Origin: Octopus bimaculoides
Taxonomy: Eukaryota
Assembly: GCF_001194135.2 (NCBI RefSeq)
Contig: NC_068989.1
Coordinates: 88,446,567-88,510,566 of the forward strand
Length of the DNA stretch: 64,000 nucleotides
Reading direction: 5' to 3'
Below, piece after piece: positions 25,831 to 37,904 of this stretch. The notes under the pieces were generated by a model. It was not told the DNA's origin. It ran no database searches and saw nothing but the letters and a program-made list of their open reading frames with translations. The position numbers and the translations under genes were made by a program. Numbering within the stretch: the stretch's first letter is position 1; each line of letters begins with the position of its first letter.

Positions 25831-25990
25831 CCTAATCTGTTCGCTGATACTGCGGAAAGTTAAGGATTTCACAGTTTTTGGTTATAAAAATTTTTTGTTT
25901 ATTTTATTTTTTTAATTTTTTATATGTTTTTTTTTGTTATTCCCCCAACTTCGATCAGTGTTGATCAACAGTCAACAGAAGGGAGGCTAC
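25831..25990 (-). other. Candidate non-coding first exon (promoter A)
   Basis: Donor AGG|GTAAGTA at 25830-25824; no ATG; CpG-rich region at 26020-26210 upstream. The 5' boundary is a guess. Confidence 0.5.
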
Positions 25991-26009
25991 TCTAATTGAC
26001 CAGCTTCTC

Positions 26010-26017
26010 TTACGTCA
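26010..26017. promoter_or_regulatory. bZIP (CRE/PAR-like) site TTACGTCA
   Basis: Exact motif within the CpG-rich patch upstream of the candidate exon. Confidence 0.35.
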
Positions 26018-26699
26018 GAGTGAAGAAAATAGCGCGCCGAATCCTCTTGCGGTGATCCGCTTTGGTAATTGGTCTGTGAAAAAAATACCAGCTTGATACG
26101 AGTCTCAGACATTTGACAGTGTATATGCGATTTTATGTATAATTATGCGTGTCTGCGCGCGTGTGCGCCCATGTGTGCGTACGCGTTTATAACATCAGTT
26201 GGCATCTATTTTCGACGATGATGATGAAAATGATATATATATATAATATAAACGCGCATGTACTATTTAGATAGATAGATAGATAGAGAGAGAGATGCGT
26301 ATACACATTCATATATATGTGTGTGTGTGTATGTAACAAAGCCGTCTACTGTGTCTGGCATGCACATCACCTATCAAAACTTTTTCCCAATGAGCTCCAC
26401 CCATCTCTCATCTGTTGCATCAGTAACATACTATCTGATCACAGCATCACAGCATGTGTTGACTTAGCTCTTTCTGCCTGCTCCACCCCTACTCAATCAA
26501 CTCTTGTGTACTTCACACTTCAGCTCTGTCCTACCCTCTCCCTCCTTTCTATTCCTCTTCTATGCTTCAATATTTTTCTTTACTTGTTCCCACATCCAAC
26601 GAAACCCTTTCTTACACAGATGAGATATCATTCATTCCTCCCTAACTTTCTTTAATCACGGATCACCTACATGCAACCAAGACCCCACGTGCTGACCTT

Positions 26700-26915
26700 G
26701 CCTTTAATTCCATAACTGGAGTAATTAGTTTCAAATTTTAGCACAAGGAAAGCAATTACAGAGGAGGGGAGAGTCAACTACATTTACCCCACAATTTATT
26801 GACCCCAAAAGGGTGAAAGGCAAAGTCAAACTCAATGGAATTTAAACTCAGAACAAGAAGTCAGGAGAAATGCCACTAAGCATTTTGCTGGCATGCTAAG
26901 GATTCCACCAGCTTG
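26700..26915 (-). mobile_element. tRNA-derived SINE, family A (degenerate)
   Basis: GAAAGGCAAAGTCAA...TTTAAACTCAGAA family motifs. Confidence 0.75.
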
Positions 26916-27021
26916 AAATGGAGACACTGAGAGCATCCTTCAGTGGAATCAGGCCAACCTTTTAAGTGCAAAAAACCCAAGCACTACTCATGTCAAAAAA
27001 CCCCACTACACACACACACAC

Positions 27022-27270
27022 ACATCATCATCATCATCGTTTAACGTCCACTTTCCATGCTAGCATGGGTTGGACGGTTCAGCCGGGGTCTGGGAAGCCA
27101 GGAGGCTGCACCAGGCTCCAGTCTGATCTGGCAGTGTTTCTACAGCTGGATGCCCTTCCTAACGCCAACCACTCTAAGAGTGTAGTGGATGCTTTTTACG
27201 TGTCACTGGCACAGAAGGCTGGCAACAGCCACGATCGGTTGGTACTTTCTACATGCCACCAGCACAGGTA
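27022..27270 (-). mobile_element. RTE-derived 3' end retrocopy
   Basis: (CAT)n tail and GGATGCCCTTCCTAACGCCAACC motif. Confidence 0.85.
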
Positions 27271-27395
27271 GCCCTCACAGCTGCTCCAAATACTGGGCCT
27301 TGTTATCACTGAGGATCTCTCTTGGCAAACACACATCATTAGCATAGCTGACACTCTAAAATGCTTGAGTGAGGCCTAAAAGAGAGTACTGTTTC

Positions 27396-27574
27396 CAGGG
27401 GCGTAGCTGGGATAAATGGTGCCCAAGGAAAACATCAAAATTGCACCCCCTCTCCATCCAAAAAGTGGAAACTCGTGTAGAAATGGCTTACTTAGAAAAC
27501 GATCTTGGCCAAAATTGCACCCTGCTCAAAGTGGCACCTAGGGCCCTGCTTGCCCCACCCTCGCTATGGCCCTG
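27396..27574. mobile_element. hAT MITE
   Basis: TIRs CAGGGGCGTAGC / GCTATGGCCCTG; 8-bp TSD ACTGTTTC / ACTGTTCC. Confidence 0.8.
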
Positions 27575-29203
27575 ACTGTTCCAACGTCAGGGACAATGTT
27601 GCTGCTATGCACACAGACATCGTGGGCTGCATATAGAAAAGAGCTACCCTACTAATTGGCATTCAATCACTGATGAACACATTCCAGTCCTCTCTCTCTG
27701 TCTTTCCCCCTGTTTCTCAGCCTCCCGCATCTTTTTTTCTTTTTTGTCACTATTGAAATACCCCCCCCCCCGTTCCCCACCCATCCTTTCTCTCTTTTCT
27801 ACCACTACTGTAATGACCCCTGTTCCTCAGATCTGGCTGATCTCATACCTGCACAATGCAGGCACCACAGATCATGTCGCCTTTCCACCTGTCCACACCT
27901 TTCTTGTTTCCAGCTTGCTCCTAGCTCTACTTTGACCACTGCACCCAATCCTTTCTCTCCAGAATATTATCCCTCGGCTATCTTCTCTCAGATCATATCT
28001 TTCCTGCAGATATTGATCTGTAGCAGTTTAAACAGAACCTTAATAGCAACAAGCTAATGTAAAGGGTCTGCAAAGGTTGCAGGCACTGCTCCTACCTTCA
28101 GAAAGAGTATACACACATTTGTGTGTGTGTGTATGTGTCATCATGCCAACCCTCCCTTGTGGTTGGCATTACAAAGGGCATCCAGCTGTACAAAATATGC
28201 CAAAGCAGACACTGGAGCACAATGCAGTCTTTGACTCATTGACCCCTTGTCAAACCATCCAACCCATGCCATTGTGGAACATGGATGTCAAATAATGATG
28301 ATGATATACATACATACATACATACATACATTCATACAAACATATAAACATACATACATACATACATACATACATACATGTATACATATATACATGCATA
28401 CATACATACATACATGTATACATATATACATGCATACATACATACATACATACATGTATACATACATACAAATATGCATACAAACATACATACATACATA
28501 CATACATGATGCTGGCCATCCACCCATGACCAAGGAAGACCATTGCTGACCTGTGGAAACATTGTGTGCTCTAGGACTAACTTATATTTTGAAAATAAAT
28601 ATATGTAGGAAAAAAAAAAGAAGCAGCACATATCAAGCAATTTTTGACTAAATACTTGTCCCTCGGTTTCTTCACCAGGTATCTAGCATCAGTTGTGTTT
28701 CTCTCTGCCCCCAAACCAAACTGCATCTCATTCATCTAGGTTAACCTTCTTCCTAATTAGTTGAGCTATAATCCTCTCTGTAACTTTGATTACCTGGTCC
28801 AGCAATTTGATACCTCTGTAATTATTCCTATTTATGGAATCACCTTTACCTTTGTAGCAGTTAACTATGGTACTGTTACACACCTATGACCCCCTGATGT
28901 ATGAGCCTCTAATAAACTACTGTATGACCCCCTAATGGACTACCAGATTAACTATACGGATAACTAAGTGATGTCCCATTCTGCCAGATATTTTAAGCAT
29001 CTCAATCATGGTTCTTGATGGGCTGAGGGCCTGTATGTGTGTGTGTGTGTATACATATATATGTATATATATGTATATATATGTATATATATATATATAT
29101 ATATAAGTCTATATATATCAGTCTATATATTATGAAAAATGTGGATTTTTTCAATGTTGATATTGAAAAACAAATGCAGGTATAATAATGATTCTTATTA
29201 TTA

Positions 29204-29690
29204 TGTGGGTCGGCTGAAATGTTCATAGGCTGAGCAAGACACTCTCATGGAATGTGACCAAAGGAGGTTCATTGTTTAACGCAGTTCCTCTTACTGTCCA
29301 CACACTTCCATAAGTAGTTGCAGTGCTTGGATCACATTGGTGAAGAAGCCATTCCGTTGGTCAAAATGGTCATCAACAGCAGACAAGACATCATCACAGT
29401 GATGCTGGTGCCCAGCTGAGTGTTTTTCTATGTTGGGAAACAGATGATAACCAGATGGAACCAAATCCTAAAATAGGGAGGGTGATCAACCAGTTCAAAG
29501 CCAGTCACGCACAGCAGTTACTGAAACTAAGGACTTGTGTGCTGAAGCATTGTCTCAATGAAACAAGACCCCATTCATCAATTTTTCTGGGTTTGGGGTC
29601 TTTGATAGCCTTTCATAACTGCCTTAGCAAGTTGGCATTGAACTTTCAATTGATTGTGTGATCATTTTGAAGATGGTCAATAAACACAAT
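29204..29690 (-). mobile_element. Mariner (DD34D-type) transposon 3' relic
   Basis: Minus strand GVLFH*DNASAHKS..GFELVDHPPY..DLVPSGYHLFPN, the mariner HPPYSPDLAPSD motif. TA-flanked TIR-like end at about 29202-29235. Confidence 0.8.
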
Positions 29691-29703
29691 ATTTTTTGCA
29701 TTG

Positions 29704-29994
29704 AGGGCGGCGAGCTGGCAGAAACGTTAGCATCCCAGGCGAAATGCTTAGCGATATTTCATCTGCCGTTACATTCCGAGTTCAAATTCCACCGAGGTCG
29801 ACTTTGCTCTTCACCCTTTTGGGGNNNNNNNNNNCGAGTTCAAATTCCACCGAGGTCGACTTTGCTCTTCACCCTTTTGGGGTTGATTAAATAAGTACCA
29901 GTTACGCACTGGGGTCGATGTAATTGATTTAATCCCTTTGTCTGTCCTTGTTTGTCCTCTCTATGTTTAGCCCCTTGTGGGCAATAAAGAAATA
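29704..29994 (+). mobile_element. tRNA-derived SINE, family A, with perfect 15-bp TSD
   Basis: AATATTTTTTGCATT at 29688-29702 and 29995-30009. Contains a 10-N join with an artefactual internal duplication. Confidence 0.9.
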
Positions 29995-30217
29995 AATATT
30001 TTTTGCATTAATGTACAGTATATGTAATAATGTGAAGTATATTTTGCATATTAAAATGTTTAATTTTGGAAATATATCAAGCGAAGCAAACATAAGCAGT
30101 AAAAATACAAATTTTAAGTATTTCAAAATGTGGGACACTACATGATGAAAACTAACAAAAAAGGAAGAAAATAGTGGTGCTTGTTTCCAAAGGTACAATG
30201 AGAAGGCTCAGGAGAAG

Positions 30218-30450
30218 GATAGAAAGATGGGATTGAAGAGAAGAAAGATAGAAGGAAAGAAAAGAATGAAAAGTGTAAAGGTAAACTGGGGGTCTGATGT
30301 GAGTGCTAGGCAGGAGATGAAACAAAATACATGTCTTACCTATGCACTGGTTTTTTGGTACCAAAAAGTGAAGAAAAAGAGACAGAGTGGAGTAGAGAAG
30401 GTTGGGAAAGAGCAAGTATGAAGAAAGAGGAAGTGCAGAGAAAAAAGGGA
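30218..30450. repeat. Purine-rich dispersed repeat, copy 1
   Basis: Aligns with 33401-33680 (GGATAGAA..GGTAAACTGGGGGTCTGA..GGTACCAAAAAGTGAAG). Confidence 0.85.
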
Positions 30451-30742
30451 ATGAAGACAGGCAGTAGGTAGTTGACAGAGATGGACAGAGGAAGAAATGG
30501 AAGGAGTAAAGAGAGAAAGGCAGAGCAGATAAGTAAAGACAGATAGAAATAGATGGGGAAGGTTTTGTGCACAAGAGGGGAGAGGGGAAGGATAGAGAAA
30601 TGGGTAGAAAAGAAAGAAAATCTTGCACGCAATATTGAACATTGTGTGGGGTACCACTGAGTGAGAACAGAAGTGGGGTGTGTGACATTACATTGACTAA
30701 CAACCATAAAATGTTGCACAGAAAGTCAACACACACACACAC

Positions 30743-30795
<53 letters not shown>

Positions 30796-30799
30796 GATG

Positions 30800-33165
30800 A
30801 AGGAAATTGTTATATACAGTGCTCAGGTGCACTACAACGAAAAAAATGGCCATCAGGGGTACTGTTGGCAGATTTCAGGAAGCAAGGAAGTTTTGAAGGA
30901 TGGAATATCTCAACAGCTAACATCTGATGCAGCAATCCTTCAGCAATTCTGAGCATGGAAAAATGTTTCCAAAAGTCATGGGTGCGTGTTGCTTTTTAAT
31001 TTTATAAGCATGTCTGCAAATGTTTGTCATATGAAATTCAAAAAGGTGCCCAAAGTTATTGTTGGAAAGATGGTGGATAATCTTGTGGGTGTCAACCAAG
31101 TCAGTTGCCAGATGTCTGAGCTTCAATGTATCTATGCCCAAGGAAGCAAGACGTTCAGAGTATGGTAGATGTTTGACTGCACATTTCTGAACAGTTTCCA
31201 GGAGGTTTATATGCTGAGCAAGATAGGGGTTCCAGACTTGTAATGCAAATTCCAAGTGTGGACATACCATTGTCATATACAATTCTAAATAGATAGCTGG
31301 AGAATGGCTGACAAATGTCTTACTGAGTGATGATAGCACTCCCTCAGCCTTCTTGACAATCTTAGAGATTTGGTTTGTCCAACGCAGATTGTTGTTTACA
31401 ATAATTCCTAGATCATGTCTACTAGAAGACTGGTGTTGCTGAGGGAGTATGTAAAGGCTGGATTTTTCTTCCCAAAATGCATGGTGACACATTTGTCCAC
31501 AGCTAGCTTCAGTTGCCAGTCAGAGATCCATTGTTGCATTGTATCCAGGTCTGATTGCAGGAAAGATCTATTGCACATAGGATCCGTCCCTTTTATTTCG
31601 AGGTACAGCATGATGTCATCTACATATTTCAGCACTGTAACATTCCTCAAATTGTCATCTCTATCATTAATATATGCAGCAAACAGTAGGGGTCTAAGAA
31701 TGGATCCCTGTGGTACACCAGGGATGTCCTAGAACCGTAACTACATCTTTCTGACTGAGAATGAAGGACGTCAGCCAGTTATAGAGATCATCCTTCACAC
31801 CTATTGCAGAGAGTTTTACCACGTGTCATTTGTGTGGCACAGAGTTGAAGGCTTTAGCAAAATCAAAGTAGACAGCATCCACCCATGAGCTGCCATCAGT
31901 AACTTAGATGAGGTCCTCAAGAAATTTGAGCAGCTGGAGTCAGGGCTAAAACCAAATTGTGAGGGTCAAATAAGGTTGTGAGAGCTCCAAAAGTTCCTGA
32001 GTGTTTCTCTAACACAGGGCTCCATGAGTTTGGCGATGCAGCTAGTAAGGCTGACTGGACAGTCGTTGACAGGTGATGTGCGATCACCTTTCTTGAACAG
32101 GGGAACGACACTGGCAATTTTCCAGTGCTCCTGAGTGACACATTTGTCAAGGCAGAATTGAAAAAAGCAAGAAAGCTGGTGCAATAGAAAGAACCCACTA
32201 CGTTTGAGAAGCAAATAAGTAATACCATCAAGACCAGGAGAGACATAGTTGCGCTTATTCTTGAGGTGGGGGTCACAGCATTGTGTGTGTGAATTTCACA
32301 GATGTTACGGAATTTGATGTCGGAGTTGGTGAAGAAGGTACATTGAGATTTTCAGCAGTAAAAATGCCAGCATAACATTCAGCAATAAGCTCAGCGCATT
32401 CCTTTGGCGTCATCAGTGATCCGACCTGTGTGGGGGTTGTGAAGAGGGACGACTGGAGAGTGAGGTCTCTGTTTCGAATGCACATATTTCCAGAACACTT
32501 TGCTGTCAGGGCTGGTTGCTATACGTCGTTCAAACTCAAGCGCTGCCTTTTTTGTCACTTGCTTGAAAAGGTTAGATGATCTGTTGCGTCTTCTTCTGTT
32601 CTCATCTGTTCTATGCTGTCTGTATTTCTGTTCAGTATCATGACAATCTTACCTGACAAGTCGAACTGCTGCAGTCTCCCATATTGCACTGTTTTTATTT
32701 CTAGAGTGTTTGCGTGGTATTGACGCTTCACATGCACCTCAGATTGCACTGAGGACATTTTGAAAAACAGTATTGACGTCCCCTGGAAAGTAAAATTCAA
32801 ACCAGTTTGGGTGTCATAACTCCTTACAGTATCAGTTCCAGTCTGCTTTGTTCCAGTCAAAACAAGTGGTTTGAAGGTGGTGGTGCTTCTTGTTTCTGCC
32901 TATAAGAGACAGATTGGCAATGATCATAGTATGATCGGAGTCGCCTAGAGGTTCCTTCATCATAACACTGATAACAGTTTCAGGAGTGGTGGCAAAGAGC
33001 AGGTCCAAAGTGTTTTTACCTCTTGTGGAGGAGGTGACTACTTGGGACCAATTTGCTTCCACACTACATCAAGGAAATCGCCTGCATTTTGTGGCCAATG
33101 AAATTTTTCCCATTCAATTTCAGGGTAGCTGAAATCACTAGCAATGAAAATATAAGCGGCTGTTA
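30800..33165 (-). mobile_element. CR1-clade LINE, 5'-truncated: APE endonuclease C-terminus plus reverse transcriptase, multiple frameshifts and stops
   Basis: TRGKNTLDLLF..LGDSDH (endonuclease), PVSLTSCIAKLME, QFGF, GVPQGSIL, KYVDD, DLGIIVNNNLRW, PHLEFALQVWNP. Confidence 0.92.
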
Positions 33166-33400
33166 TATATATAGAACCCCTAGCATTGTAGGTGTTCTAA
33201 CAGCAGCTGTGTGGTAAGAATTGGCACAGGCATAGTTGTGTGGTAAGAAGCTTACTTCCCAACCATATGGTTCCAGGTTCAGTCCCACTGTTTGACACCT
33301 TGGGTAAACGTATTTTACTATAGCCTCAGGCTGACTAAAGCCTTATGAGTGGATTTGGTAGACAGAAACTGAAAGAAGCCCATCGTGTATATATATATAA

Positions 33401-33680
33401 GGATAGAATGATGGGATTGAAGGGAAGAAAGATAGAAGGAAAGAAAAGAATGGAAAGTGAAAAGGTAAACTGGGGGTCTGAAGTGAGTGCTAGGCAAGAG
33501 ATGGAACATAATACATGTCTTACCTGTGCACTGGTCAAGTAGAAAAAAGATGTGTGATAAAAAATTGGATGGTTTTTTGGTACCAAAAAGTGAAGAAAGA
33601 GAGACAGAGTGGAGTAGAGAGGGCTGGGGAAGAGCGAGTAGGAAAAAAGAGGGTGTGTGGAGAAAAAAGAGAATAAACAA
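33401..33680. repeat. Purine-rich dispersed repeat, copy 2 (possible Penelope pLTR part)
   Basis: Direct repeat of 30218-30450 with an extra ~36 bp; continues into the hammerhead-like motif and the Penelope RT. Confidence 0.8.
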
Positions 33681-33745
33681 AAGATGAAGATAGGTGAAGG
33701 AACAGCAACCAGGTGTATTAGTTTAATGCTCAAGAAGAATGGAAA

Positions 33746-33785
33746 AGTCTTTGACGTTTCGAGCCTATGCTCTTTGACAGAAAGG
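33746..33785 (-). ncRNA. Degenerate minimal type I hammerhead ribozyme motif
   Basis: CUUU-CUGUCAAA-GAGC(AUAG)GCUC-GAAAC-GUC-AAAG. Stems I and II and GAAAC/GUC are intact; two substitutions versus the CUGANGA core. Confidence 0.5.
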
Positions 33786-33879
33786 ATTAAGAGGGAAAAA
33801 ATGGAGAGAAAATGGAAAAAACAGAGAGAGAAAAAAATGTCTAGGGATTAACAATTCAACATGATAAAATGGATGGAAG

Positions 33880-34790
33880 AAAGAGGCTGATATCTGAATC
33901 TCCAAGTATGCTATGACTAAATTGGCATAAGCCAGAGTGTTCATACACTTATATATATAAATGTATGAGTCACTCTGACAAACCAATTTAGTCATAGCAT
34001 ACATAGAGGTCCAGATATATGAACAATTTAAATTAAAATATAGCTTGGTCTTCCATAAATATTTACTAGAAAACTGGAAACATTTCTTAGATGACTGCCT
34101 GATTCTGTGGACGCACACATTCAACCAGCTTATTGATTTCAAAAACTTAATTAACAGCATGAATAATAATATTAACTTCATTATAGAAAATAGTAAAACT
34201 CAACTACCATTCTTGAACATTCTAATCATCAAAACAGACAAAAGCATTGAAACAGACATTCATTACAAAAACCAACAGATTCTAAACAATACCTGTTGTT
34301 CTCCTCATGCCACTCCAAACACCACGTAGACGAATATTCCTTTTAATTTAGCAAGAAGAATCTGCACAATTGTTTCAAATTTTGAAACTTGTCATAAAAG
34401 ACTCCAAGAATTAAAACAAATACTACTTGAAAGATGATATCTGTCAATGGTATAGAGTCAAAGCAATAGATAATTTAAGAATTATGACAAAGGAAAAAAA
34501 AACTTCAGATACACCCAATACACTACGCTTTATACAAACCCCCCAAAACACAGGAGTTTACAACATTATCCACCAGAACATTCCACTATTGAGACAAGAC
34601 CCAAGAATGAAACAAACACTTGAAATACACAAAATGATCCATAACCAAGGACGATCGAAATCTCTTAAAAGACTACTCCCCAGCACTATATCACCTGTCA
34701 CAATCCCTATACCAACACTCAAAATGTGTTGCCACCTTAATTGCAGGACTTGCTTCAACCTCATTGAAGACAGAAAATATTTTCATCATA
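33880..34790 (+). mobile_element. Penelope-like retroelement RT/linker fragment (pseudogenised)
   Basis: WKHFLDDCLILW (RT catalytic region), QLPFLNILI, TDIHYK, NIPFNLARRICTIVS, and a CxxxxCxxC-like CCHLNCRTC motif. Confidence 0.85.
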
Positions 34791-34989
34791 AAAAATCAGT
34801 TTTACCTGTTTGTCAAAAAACTTAATAGGGACAGGAGTGGCTGTGTGGTAAGTCGTTTGCTTTCCAAGCACATGGTTCCAGATTCAGTCCCACTGCATGA
34901 CACTATGGGCAAGTGTCTTCTACTATGGCCTCGAGCCAACCAAAGCCTTGTGAGTGGATTTGGTTGACAGAAAATGAAAGTAGCCCATC

Positions 34990-35036
<47 letters not shown>

Positions 35037-35369
35037 NNNNNNNNNNNNNNNNNNNNNNNNNNNNNNNNNNNNNNNNNNNNNNNNNNNNNNNNNNNNNNNN
35101 NNNNNNNNNNNNNNNNNNNNNNNNNNNNNNNNNNNNNNNNNNNNNNNNNNNNNNNNNNNNNNNNNNNNNNNNNNNNNNNNNNNNNNNNNNNNNNNNNNNN
35201 NNNNNNNNNNNNNNNNNNNNNNNNNNNNNNNNNNNNNNNNNNNNNNNNNNNNNNNNNNNNNNNNNNNNNNNNNNNNNNNNNNNNNNNNNNNNNNNNNNNN
35301 NNNNNNNNNNNNNNNNNNNNNNNNNNNNNNNNNNNNNNNNNNNNNNNNNNNNNNNNNNNNNNNNNNNNN

Positions 35370-35401
<32 letters not shown>

Positions 35402-35500
35402 GAAATATATGGTATGATGATGAATGTTAGGAAATTACAAAATCTGAACTTACAAAGGATATACAATTTAATAATATCAAATTGAATTATATAATGAAAG

Positions 35501-35869
35501 GTATATTAATAATTCAGAGAAGAACCACCACGGTGCAACTCAAAGGATGAAGGAGTTCAGACACCATCAAGAAAATTGTACAACACAAAATACAAATTTA
35601 AAAATCTAAAAAATCCAAGAGAAAATTTGTAATTCATAAAATCTATAAAATATTAGACTAAAAATTTTAATCAGTTAAATAAATTAATAAAAACGAAAGT
35701 GAAGGAAAGACTACGGGCATTTCATGGCCACATAAAAGTGGAAAATATCTGGTCAATCTGCAATGAAACAGTTAAAATAAATACCACTCATAATGAGGAC
35801 ACTTCAGGTCTGATCTCCTTCATCCTTTGAGTTGCACCGTGATGGTTCTTCTCTGAATTATTAATATAC
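35501..35869. repeat. 62-bp inverted repeat pair (35501-35562 / 35808-35869) with a 245-bp spacer
   Basis: GTATATTAATAATTCAGAGAAGAACCA(C/T)CACGGTGCAACTCAAAGGATGAAGGAG(T/A)TCAGAC, two mismatches. Confidence 0.9.
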
Positions 35870-37456
35870 TTACAAGGCTTTGGTCGGCCCAAGGCTATAG
35901 TAGAAGACACTTGCCCACGGTGTCACGCAGTGGGACTGAACTCGGAACCATGTGATTGGTAAGCAAGCTACTTACTACACAGCCACTCCTGCGCCTATGA
36001 GCCACTCCTGCGCCTATCTATGAAATGCAGGGAATATAAGAACTTGAAGAATGGAGAAACCACATTTTTATTTGATGGTTATAGCATAGAATACTAAGGA
36101 ACATCTCTATTGTGCCATGTATTTAGATATAGAGAAAAGGTACAAAATAGAAGGGAAACAAATAGATCCCAAAATTTATGCTTACACAATATTATCAAGG
36201 CAATCAAAAACAAGTTAGATTCAAATTGAGCTGAAATAATATCTATAAGATATGGATGCACATGAAAAGAGCTTAAGAAGAAAGATAATATTGTAAGAAA
36301 AGCGAGTTTAGTATTAAAACTTATGACGATGTCAGTAGACAACGAAAGATTGAGAAATAAACAGAAATTCTATGTCACAGCATTTGCTTGTCTGTCTATT
36401 CATTTGTGTGTGTGAGTGTATGTGTGTGTGATATAAACATGAAAATATATCTGGACATGGGGAAGTATTACCTTAGTTGGAAAAAGGTGAGGGTCGGTGA
36501 CGGGAAAGGTATTGTGGTATAGAAAATCCTTGTCTATAAATTCCATGGAGAAGTGGGTATTAAAATGATAGTGATGATAATGATGGTGGTGGTGGTGGTG
36601 GTGATGATGATGATGATGCCAAAAATGTTTCTGGAAGATGGTTTAGACAAGATGTATCAATGGCTTTGAATTTCTAGATAATTTCTAGGAGATTACTCTT
36701 AAAATACAACTGTTTTGTTCTTTTTGTTCCTTTTTACACTCATTTGATTTCAAGTTTTCCATCATCTTAATTAATTTTATACAAAGTATCATTTCGTATT
36801 CAATTTTATATATATGTAAAAAAAAAAACTGAATTATACATATTTTGCTTTGTCTAAATGTTTATATCATTTTATATTAGGAAGCCATTATTACAAACTA
36901 TAGCTTTGTAATTATATTTGGTAATTAAATATATAAGTCTCACTGTCTGTTGAATTATTTACTTCTCTGTCTGTTTGTCACTATTTGTCACACACACACA
37001 CATAGTGAAGNNNNNNNNNNNNNNNNNNNNNNNNNNNNNNNNNNNNNNNNNNNNNNNNNNNNNNNNNNNNNNNNNNNNNNNNNNNNNNNNNNNNNNNNNN
37101 NNNNNNNNNNNNNNNNNNNNNNNNNNNNNNNNNNNNNNNNNNNNNNNNNNNNNNNNNNNNNNNNNNNNNNNNNNNNNNNNNNNNNNNNNNNNNNNNNNNN
37201 NNNNNNNNNNNNNNNNNNNNNNNNNNNNNNNNNNNNNNNNNNNNNNNNNNNNNNNNNNNNNNNNNNNNNNNNNNNNNNNNNNNNNNNNNNNNNNNNNNNN
37301 NNNNNNNNNNNNNNNNNNNNNNNNNNNNNNNNNNNNNNNNNNNNNNNNNNNNNNNNNNNNNNNNNNNNNNNNNNNNNNNNNNNNNNNNNNNNNNNNNNNN
37401 NNNNNNNNNNNNNNNNNNNNNNNNNNNNNNNNNNNNNNNNNNNNNNNNNNNNNNAA

Positions 37457-37495
<39 letters not shown>

Positions 37496-37904
37496 TACAT
37501 ATACATATATACCTATATGTATGTATATGAATACAAATATATGTATATATACACACACGTCGCCTTCCTGGGGCATGTGAAAAGACATTCGAGCGAGGTC
37601 ATTGCCAGTACCGCTGGACTGGCTCCTGTGCAGGTGGCATGTAAAATACACCATTTTGAGCATGGCTGTTGCCAGTACTGCCTGACTGGCCTTCGTGCTG
37701 GTGGCACGTAAAGGTAAAGTTGACCTCGGCGGAATTTGAACTCAGAACGTAAAGACAGATGAAATGCCACCCACTAAGCATTTTGCCCAGCATGCTACCG
37801 ATTCTGTCAGGTCGCCAGCTAAGCTGCTAAGTTTCCTCAAATATTAACCAGACAGGGCCTATTCCTACCATCATTTTAGTCTCATTTTTGACCTACCTGT
37901 TGGC

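Noticed and set aside
35780-35815. Second hammerhead candidate (CTGAAGTGTCCTCATTATGAG on the minus strand)
   Set aside because: No GAAA or cleavage triplet follows the hairpin.
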